This document shows, in pieces, positions 57,356 to 64,000 of a DNA stretch of 64,000 bases (the first letter of the stretch is position 1; the number at the start of each line of letters is the position of its first letter). The notes beneath the pieces are model-generated. The model ran no database searches. It was not told the DNA's origin and worked only from the letters and a program-made list of their open reading frames with translations. The DNA lies in IMG/VR virus record IMGVR_UViG_3300032562_000003, positions 124,001 to 188,000 of that record, one strand, 5' to 3'. Made by a program: the position numbers and the translations under genes.

Positions 57356-58579
57356 ATGGCATATACAATCGTAAAAAGTGATGGTACGACTCTCACTACT
57401 ATCGCTGACGGTACAATCAACACGACTAGTACTAGTCTGGGTTTGCCGGGCCGAAACTATGCAGGATATGGTCAACAATTAGACACAAACTTTGTTCATC
57501 AGCTAGAAAATTTTGCATTCAGCCAACCTCCGTCTAATCCCATCAGAGGCCAACTCTGGTTCAACACAGTATCAAATACCCTCTTGGTCTGTCCGGCCGA
57601 CGGAACTACTAATGCTGCTGCTTGGCTGTCTCTTGCGCAATCAGGTTCAGCCGGTACTACAACGTTTGGCAGTATATCAGTAACTGGCAATGCTGCTGCA
57701 AACAACATGGCTGTTACAAACAATCTTACTGCCACGACCGGTACGTTCTTCAATCTAACAGCCACCGCAAACGCAAACGTTGCTAATCTAAACGTATCAT
57801 CTACTGCAAACATTAGTACTTTGGTGACAACTGCAATCACATCAGGTAGCGCATCTACTAATGGAACACTAACTGGTGTTTGGACCGCAAACGGAACCGG
57901 AACTGCAAATGGTGTTGCGGGAACATCGATGTGGGTTACCGGCGGCAACCTAGTGATTACCGGATCTGGAATTGGTATTCGTACTGATAATTATTATTAT
58001 GCAAACGGTGCATCTATTCCGATCGGCGGCTCATATGGCAATTCTAATGTCGCATCATACTTGCCAACGTATAACGGTGCGATATTAACTACAACTACGC
58101 AAGCTACTACATTAACTACTGGAGCAAACACAACCGCCGGAACGCTTACAGGTACCTGGACACTATCATCGGGTTCACAACTACAAGCGACTTACGCTGA
58201 CTTGGCCGAAAGATTTGCAGCAGACGATGTATATTCTCCAGGTACAGTAGTACAATTAGGCGGAACCAAAGAAATAACAGCAGTGCAGTATGAACTTTCT
58301 GAAGATGTATTCGGTGTTATTTCCGATACTGCTGCATATCTAATGAATGCCGGCGCCGGCAATGATACTACTCATCCCCCTGTTGCAGTTTCCGGTAGAG
58401 TAGAGGTTAAAGTTACTGGTAAAGTACTAAAAGGACAGCGATTAGTAAGTGCAGGTAACGGTATTGCTCGTGCTGCTCACTCCGGTGAAGCAACCGCATT
58501 TAATACTATAGGAAGAGCATTAGCAGATAAAACCACAGATGGCGAAGGTGTTGTAGAAGCTATCGTTATGATTCGATAA
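57356..58579 (+). CDS. tail fibre paralog with a C-terminal peptidase-G2/IMC-like chaperone domain
   Basis: N-terminus shared with 55523; ATYADLAERF...PGTVV...VAVSGRVEVKVTG. Confidence 0.75.
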   Translation: MAYTIVKSDGTTLTTIADGTINTTSTSLGLPGRNYAGYGQQLDTNFVHQLENFAFSQPPSNPIRGQLWFNTVSNTLLVCPADGTTNAAAWLSLAQSGSAGTTTFGSISVTGNAAANNMAVTNNLTATTGTFFNLTATANANVANLNVSSTANISTLVTTAITSGSASTNGTLTGVWTANGTGTANGVAGTSMWVTGGNLVITGSGIGIRTDNYYYANGASIPIGGSYGNSNVASYLPTYNGAILTTTTQATTLTTGANTTAGTLTGTWTLSSGSQLQATYADLAERFAADDVYSPGTVVQLGGTKEITAVQYELSEDVFGVISDTAAYLMNAGAGNDTTHPPVAVSGRVEVKVTGKVLKGQRLVSAGNGIARAAHSGEATAFNTIGRALADKTTDGEGVVEAIVMIR

Positions 58580-58591
58580 TAAGGAATAGAG

Positions 58592-59545
58592 ATGACTTAC
58601 TCACAGTATGGAACTATACAGGCTTCTGACTATAATACCTTTGTAGGGGGCAATCCTACTGGAAACTCGTCATTAAATGCTGTTTGGGCGACCGGATCAG
58701 GTTCAGCGGGGTATGGACAAACTGCTCTCGCTAATGTTGCTGTAGGTGCAACTGTAGCAGCATCAGATTGGGCAAACTTAGTCAACAAAACATCTAACTC
58801 AGCAAGTCACCAAGGAACATCAATTTCGGCAGTAACGGCACCATCTACTGGTGGTATAGTAACATACCTATCTGGTATTCCCACGAACATAACTTCAATA
58901 TTTAGCAACAGATTTAACGCCGCATCGCAAGGTAGCACGTCAGCCAATACTGCAACGTATGGATCATCTTGGTCACATGCCATTACTTTTGCACATACAG
59001 TTTCATTTGCTAATGGTGACGCTGCTCGGTACTTCTTTAACTCCGGTGGACAAATTAAATTGACAATGAGTCATTCTCCTACCACAACTACTATGGATAC
59101 GGTATTTCACAATCTAGCATCAAATGTGGGCACTATTGTAATGTCATCCCCCACTTCCGGCACTGTGACAATCGTAGGTGTTAGTTATAACGGCATTACT
59201 AAAATAGGTGGTGGAGGCAATTCTCCAACCCTTCTAGCCAACACCGGATATTATGCACTTACTACGTCTAACGCAGCAGTGTTCACTCAAGTTGCAACAG
59301 GTGCACCTACTCACTATACAAATACTGATATAGTAGTAAATATCAAGTCAAACGGTACGCAAGGATCAAATGGTGATGTCGGCAACATTATAACTATCTA
59401 TTCAACATGGGGCGAATTAGCGAATACCGGACTTACTGTTTCTTCTGGTTCAGCTGTCAGTTGTACGGCAGTGGCACCAGAAACAACTTATATAGCCAAT
59501 ACATGGGGCGCTATTACTCTTTCGGGCACCGTAACCGGTTCATAA
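58592..59545 (+). CDS. Ser/Thr/Gly-rich virion structural protein
   Basis: ARYFFNSGGQI motif; follows the fibre genes. Confidence 0.55.
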   Translation: MTYSQYGTIQASDYNTFVGGNPTGNSSLNAVWATGSGSAGYGQTALANVAVGATVAASDWANLVNKTSNSASHQGTSISAVTAPSTGGIVTYLSGIPTNITSIFSNRFNAASQGSTSANTATYGSSWSHAITFAHTVSFANGDAARYFFNSGGQIKLTMSHSPTTTTMDTVFHNLASNVGTIVMSSPTSGTVTIVGVSYNGITKIGGGGNSPTLLANTGYYALTTSNAAVFTQVATGAPTHYTNTDIVVNIKSNGTQGSNGDVGNIITIYSTWGELANTGLTVSSGSAVSCTAVAPETTYIANTWGAITLSGTVTGS

Positions 59546-59569
59546 TTATTTTGCATCTATGGCGTCTAT

Positions 59570-59576
59570 CTAAATA
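59570..59576 (+). promoter_or_regulatory. late promoter CTAAATA ahead of the glycosyltransferase cluster
   Basis: TAAATA core followed by SD aggag and ATG 59592. Confidence 0.55.
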
Positions 59577-59591
59577 CTTTAGGAGTATAAG

Positions 59592-59897
59592 ATGGACACT
59601 AAGACACTACTTGCTGATGCTAAAGCAAGATTTAACCACAATTCAGCCAAAGCATATCTAGAAGAAAAGTACACAGCTAAACTTATTGTAGCTGCGCAAG
59701 GTGGCCTCTGGAAGGCAGATGCAGAAACTATTAGTTTTCTGAGTTCATTTGATACCGAAACCCTGGTTTTAATAGATACCTTTAATAATCCAGTAGAAGT
59801 AAATCGTGCTGAATTGCTGAAAACATTGCGTCTCGCATATATAGAAGCCACTATGCAATGGTATGCTGAATGGAAAGCTCTAGAAAGTAACAGATGA
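59592..59897 (+). CDS. hypothetical protein
   Basis: ORF with strong SD; ATGA overlap with the next gene. Confidence 0.7.
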   Translation: MDTKTLLADAKARFNHNSAKAYLEEKYTAKLIVAAQGGLWKADAETISFLSSFDTETLVLIDTFNNPVEVNRAELLKTLRLAYIEATMQWYAEWKALESNR

Positions 59898-60712
59898 CGC
59901 GAGGTATAATACTCTTTGCCTTCAATTCTATCAAATACAACTACTATGAAATGGCAGAGTTCACAGCTAAAAGAGTAAATCATTTTTTAGGATTGCCAGT
60001 TACACTAGTTACTGACGAAGAATCATTGCCAACTAAAACAACCTATGTTTGGGATAAGGTAATTACAGTAACTCCAAATAAAGATAATTTTCGTACATGG
60101 GGCCAGTGGATCAACAAAGGCAGGTATCAAGCATATGAGTTGAGTCCATATGATGAAACAATACTACTTGATGTAGACTACGTGGTTAATTCTGACAAGC
60201 TACTAAAAACTTTTGAAGTATACGATGACTTTTGTTGTCACAATACTACTAAATTTTTAATGCAGCCAGCTGCACCGCAAGATTATCTCTCTGATTATAG
60301 CTATCCAATACTATGGGCTACGGTTATTGCTTTTAAAAAGACCGATAGAGCAAATCAAATCTTTAATACTATTAAAATGATACAGAATAACTACCAACAC
60401 TATGAAAATATCCATCGATTCGTCGGTGGAACATATCGTAATGACTTTGCATTAACGCTGGCATTAAGAATAGTTAATGGACATTCTAATCCAATCACTG
60501 ATTATCTTCCATGGAACTTAGTTCATATTGGAAATAACACACAGATATATGCTAACAACGATACTTCGTTAAACACTGAATACACAGTAATGTTTGACAG
60601 CACTAAAAACGGTAAGAATAAAAAAGAATACATGCTTATTAAGGATATGGATTTTCACATTCTTGTTAAAGAAATATACATCGATATGATAAAAGGAAAA
60701 GATCATGAGTAA
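59894..60712 (+). CDS. putative GT-A fold glycosyltransferase
   Basis: AYELSPYDETILLDVDY (DxD motif), FAL/RNDF segment. Confidence 0.65.
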   Translation: MTRGIILFAFNSIKYNYYEMAEFTAKRVNHFLGLPVTLVTDEESLPTKTTYVWDKVITVTPNKDNFRTWGQWINKGRYQAYELSPYDETILLDVDYVVNSDKLLKTFEVYDDFCCHNTTKFLMQPAAPQDYLSDYSYPILWATVIAFKKTDRANQIFNTIKMIQNNYQHYENIHRFVGGTYRNDFALTLALRIVNGHSNPITDYLPWNLVHIGNNTQIYANNDTSLNTEYTVMFDSTKNGKNKKEYMLIKDMDFHILVKEIYIDMIKGKDHE

Positions 60713-60947
60713 ACCAATCATTGACGCTGCCACATATGAAGTGGCCAAACAGTATGGTGTGGCTGTAGCCAACTTACATTTAGTAGAACAGTCCCGAGAT
60801 AAAACGATAGAAGTAGCCACCCGTAGAGCCTTAGTAGAAAAATATCATGAATTATTGATCATGAAAGTGCAAGAATGTATTAAGGATCAAGAAGATGAAC
60901 TAGACGATCAAACTAGAGTATTTGAAAAATTCGGAATTTCTTTCTAA
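60705..60947 (+). CDS. hypothetical protein
   Basis: 80-aa ORF coupled to both neighbours. Confidence 0.6.
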   Translation: MSKPIIDAATYEVAKQYGVAVANLHLVEQSRDKTIEVATRRALVEKYHELLIMKVQECIKDQEDELDDQTRVFEKFGISF

Positions 60948-61702
60948 TGAATAGAGGATTTGTGATTATGGCACAGGGTGACAAATATGTCACATGTGCT
61001 AAAGCATTGGAAGCAAGCATTAAACTAACGATGCCCGATACCAACGTGACCATAATCACAACTGACATGTTGCCATATGGAGATCAGGCACCAAATACGA
61101 ATTGGAAACTGCAAAACGATTGGCAAGTATACGACGCCTCTCCGTATGAGTACACCATCAAGTTGGAAGCTGATATGTACATTCCGCAATCGATTGATTA
61201 CTGGTGGGACGTTCTTAAGGAACGTGATGTTGTAGTATCTACTCATGTCAGAAATTTCAAGCAAGAAATATCTGATGTTACTTACTATCGTAAGTTTATC
61301 GTTGACAACAATCTTCCTGACTGTTACAATGCGATCACATATTTTAGAAAATCGGATTTGGCTAAACAGTTTTTTGATATAGTACGAAAAGTCTTTGAAA
61401 ATTGGGACGAAATTCGTGGCACTTTAAAGTGCAACGTTGATGAACCTGCTACCACAGACTGGGTATATGCGATTGCATGTCATGTGATAGGCGCGGAGAA
61501 AACTACTTTGCCTCAGTTCAAGCCTTATGGGATGGTGCACATGAAGCAGTTCATCAACGGACTATTTACAGACAACTGGACAGATACTCTAATATATGAG
61601 ATTCTACCACATACATTTAGAATCAACACTATCGCACAGATGTATCCAGTTCACTATTATAATAAAGAATTCGCTAATACTATATTAGAGAATATAAAAT
61701 GA
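60947..61702 (+). CDS. putative glycosyltransferase, paralog of 59894
   Basis: RGFVIMA start; VYDASPYEYTIKLEADMY (ExD variant). Confidence 0.6.
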   Translation: MNRGFVIMAQGDKYVTCAKALEASIKLTMPDTNVTIITTDMLPYGDQAPNTNWKLQNDWQVYDASPYEYTIKLEADMYIPQSIDYWWDVLKERDVVVSTHVRNFKQEISDVTYYRKFIVDNNLPDCYNAITYFRKSDLAKQFFDIVRKVFENWDEIRGTLKCNVDEPATTDWVYAIACHVIGAEKTTLPQFKPYGMVHMKQFINGLFTDNWTDTLIYEILPHTFRINTIAQMYPVHYYNKEFANTILENIK

Positions 61703-62022
61703 ACGAAGAACATATAATCATCTGGGAGCCGCCGGTAATAGTTCCTCCTACGTTTAGATTATACTATGATGATAGGGGAAAGGTACTGTTCTATACATGT
61801 GAAAAGCCTGAAGGTAACTTCATAGAAATCGATGCTCAAACGTATGCAGAATGCCGACATGATTTAAGAGTAATCGATGGTAAGTTAGTTAGACAAGGTG
61901 CTACTACAGTTTCACGATTGCGCAAGAGTGACAAAGGAACGCTGTGCGAGCAAGAAGATATGAGTATTATTACGACTGACAATGACGGACAATATTGGGA
62001 ATTAGAAACATATGAACTCTAA
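61699..62022 (+). CDS. hypothetical protein
   Basis: 107-aa ORF overlapping its neighbours in operon fashion. Confidence 0.6.
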   Translation: MNEEHIIIWEPPVIVPPTFRLYYDDRGKVLFYTCEKPEGNFIEIDAQTYAECRHDLRVIDGKLVRQGATTVSRLRKSDKGTLCEQEDMSIITTDNDGQYWELETYEL

Positions 62023-62212
62023 AGAATTAGACATCAAACCTGGAATGAAGATTAAATTTGATGGACCATGGTGGAATAATAAAGATATACACTATACTGT
62101 AGTAGAAGCATCCTGGTATAACAAAGAAAAGGAATCTACCGCAGTACAACTCAAGCTTGAGGAAATTGATCATATTACAGTTGTTTCTAGAAACGGTATA
62201 AAGATTGTATGA
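62012..62212 (+). CDS. hypothetical protein
   Basis: 66-aa ORF filling the gap, ATGA-coupled to the next gene. Confidence 0.55.
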   Translation: MNSKELDIKPGMKIKFDGPWWNNKDIHYTVVEASWYNKEKESTAVQLKLEEIDHITVVSRNGIKIV

Positions 62213-63150
62213 GTGACATAGTAGACATTGCCGACTTAGACGTAATCTACTTAAGTTACGATGAACCCCAGAAAGAGGAATTCTGGCTCAAGATTAAGAA
62301 CATGGTTCCGTGGGCCAAGAGAGTCGATGGAGTAAAGGGCAGCGATGCGGCACACAAGGCAGCAGCAGAAGCTTCCGACACTGAACGCTTCATTCTAATT
62401 GACGGTGACAATCTTCCTAACGAAGACTTCTTCAACATTCAGTTAGATTTTACAGATAAGGATCCTAGCTACAAGTTAGCACAATATCGTTGGCGAGCTA
62501 TTAATGCTATTAACGGTCTTCGTTACGGTAACGGTGGTATCTCTAGCTGGACTAAGACATATGTAGCGAACATGCACACACATGAAAGTTCAGACGGTGA
62601 TCCAACCACTACGGTAGATTTCTGCATGGATTCCAGTAACAATCTGTATTGGGCAATGCACGACTGTTATTCAGTAACTTACCCAAACTATACCCCTTTC
62701 CAAGCCTGGAGAGCCGGATTTAGGGAGGGCGTAAAGATGGTTCTCGATAAGGGTGCAAAGCCCAGCATTGATGATTTTAAAGCTAGAGTGTCAAGTCGCA
62801 ATCTAAACAATCTGACAATCTGGCACAACGTAGGTGCGGACGTAGAGAATGGTTATTGGGCAATATACGGTGCTCGGCTCGGAACGCAGATGACGATGCT
62901 GACTGACTGGGATCACACCAATGTCATGTGGTTCGACAACTTTCCTGAGTTATGGGACAAGCACAAGAATAATCCGCATCATTACGCAGAAGTTATCGGA
63001 GAAGAACTTCAAGACAAGTTGGATTTGCCAATCTGTACGCTAAGTGCAGACCAAAGTAAGTTCTTCAAGAGACATTATAATGCAGATAAGTATAATTTAG
63101 GTCCTTTAGTTAAAGAGATGGACGTGATTCGTAAAATTGAAGGATGGTAA
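62209..63150 (+). CDS. putative glycosyltransferase-like protein
   Basis: VIYLSYDEP, AHKAAA, FILIDGDN (DxD), AWRAGFREGVKM. Confidence 0.55.
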   Translation: MSDIVDIADLDVIYLSYDEPQKEEFWLKIKNMVPWAKRVDGVKGSDAAHKAAAEASDTERFILIDGDNLPNEDFFNIQLDFTDKDPSYKLAQYRWRAINAINGLRYGNGGISSWTKTYVANMHTHESSDGDPTTTVDFCMDSSNNLYWAMHDCYSVTYPNYTPFQAWRAGFREGVKMVLDKGAKPSIDDFKARVSSRNLNNLTIWHNVGADVENGYWAIYGARLGTQMTMLTDWDHTNVMWFDNFPELWDKHKNNPHHYAEVIGEELQDKLDLPICTLSADQSKFFKRHYNADKYNLGPLVKEMDVIRKIEGW

Positions 63151-63153
63151 AAT

Positions 63154-64000
63154 ATGTCAAATAATGGTTATCAACAACATTTAGAAAATGTTAAAAATGA
63201 ACTAGATTCTGTTAGCAAAACATTCTGTGCTGCTAAGTGGAAACAAGTAACTATGCATCTACAAAATGGACACACGCATAGTTGCCACCATCCTAAAACG
63301 CATCATGTTCCTGTACAAGAAATTCAAATAAATCCTACTGCACTGCACAATAGTAATTATAAAAAATTACAAAGGAAGATGATGCTTGAAGGTGAGCGTC
63401 CAGCAGAATGTGATTATTGCTGGCGAGTAGAGGATCAAGGTGATAGCCATAGTGACAGAATATACAAGAGTGCAGATAAATGGGCTAATCCTTTTATACA
63501 GGATATCGCCAATAAGCCATGGGATGATGATGTTGATCCAAGCTATGTAGAAGTAAGCTTTGGTAATGTATGCAATTTCAAATGCAGTTATTGTGCACCT
63601 CATATCAGTAGTCAATGGATGGAAGAGATCGAACGGTTCGGACCTTATCCTACCACAGATAGGTTCAATAATCTAGATTGGTTGAAAAGCCAAAATATGA
63701 TGCCTATTCTCAATAGAGAAGAAAATCCATATGTAGAGGCTTTCTGGAAGTGGTGGCCAAAGATGTATAATAGTCTACAGCACTTCAGAATTACCGGAGG
63801 CGAGCCGCTACTAAACAAGAACACCTTCAAGGTGCTGGATTATATCATCGATAACCCTAATCCAAATCTAGAAGTTGCCATCAATACGAACATGAATGTT
63901 CCTGATGATATTTTCAATAGGTTCTTAGAAAAGATCAAGATAATATCTGAAGAAAAAAAACTGAAAAACATCAAGATATTCACAAGTGCTGAAGCACACG
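63154..64000 (+). CDS. radical SAM protein with N-terminal twitch/SPASM-like Cys motifs (3' truncated)
   Basis: Hand translation from ATG 63154: CAAKW, HSCHH, ECDYCW, CNFKCSYC (CxxxCxxC, 63571-63594), ITGGEPLL, INTN. Not in the ORF track. Confidence 0.88.
   Translation, partial: MSNNGYQQHLENVKNELDSVSKTFCAAKWKQVTMHLQNGHTHSCHHPKTHHVPVQEIQINPTALHNSNYKKLQRKMMLEGERPAECDYCWRVEDQGDSHSDRIYKSADKWANPFIQDIANKPWDDDVDPSYVEVSFGNVCNFKCSYCAPHISSQWMEEIERFGPYPTTDRFNNLDWLKSQNMMPILNREENPYVEAFWKWWPKMYNSLQHFRITGGEPLLNKNTFKVLDYIIDNPNPNLEVAINTNMNVPDDIFNRFLEKIKIISEEKKLKNIKIFTSAEAH

Noticed and set aside
55523-58579. Diversity-generating retroelement acting on the fibre tips
   Set aside because: No reverse transcriptase and no adenine-specific TR/VR pair in the window; similarity between the paralogs is N-terminal and mostly at protein level.

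Overview
This window comes from a large T4-related (gp23/gp20/gp55-type) myovirus, probably a jumbo phage, using the standard genetic code. The minus-strand head module (1-15.7 kb) runs: tape-measure/lysozyme protein, portal with an intein, prohead core, protease, scaffold, major capsid, then small enzyme-like genes. Next come baseplate-hub genes, a highly structured gene-free region of about 550 nt, an Hjc-type resolvase, gp46/gp47 and the late sigma factor gp55 (15.8-22.8 kb). A long plus-strand baseplate/tail-fibre block (22.9-59.5 kb) includes a 6297-aa protein and is followed by three glycosyltransferase-like genes and a truncated radical-SAM gene. Five free-standing homing endonuclease genes (one decayed) and one intein-borne HNH domain are scattered through the window. 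Top candidates for new biology: (1) a covarying two-hairpin RNA leader in front of three homing endonuclease genes from two unrelated nuclease families; (2) a likely programmed -1 frameshift joining the gp26-like and gp51-like genes; (3) a cassette next to the capsid gene encoding a T7 gp0.7-like kinase, a methyltransferase, a GNAT and a lone sigma-region-4 protein, with capsid-targeting-like N-termini; (4) a candidate large ncRNA or origin at 16.9-17.4 kb; (5) a structured uORF that duplicates the start of the prohead protease. All family assignments rest on motif recognition by eye. No database search or folding program was run.
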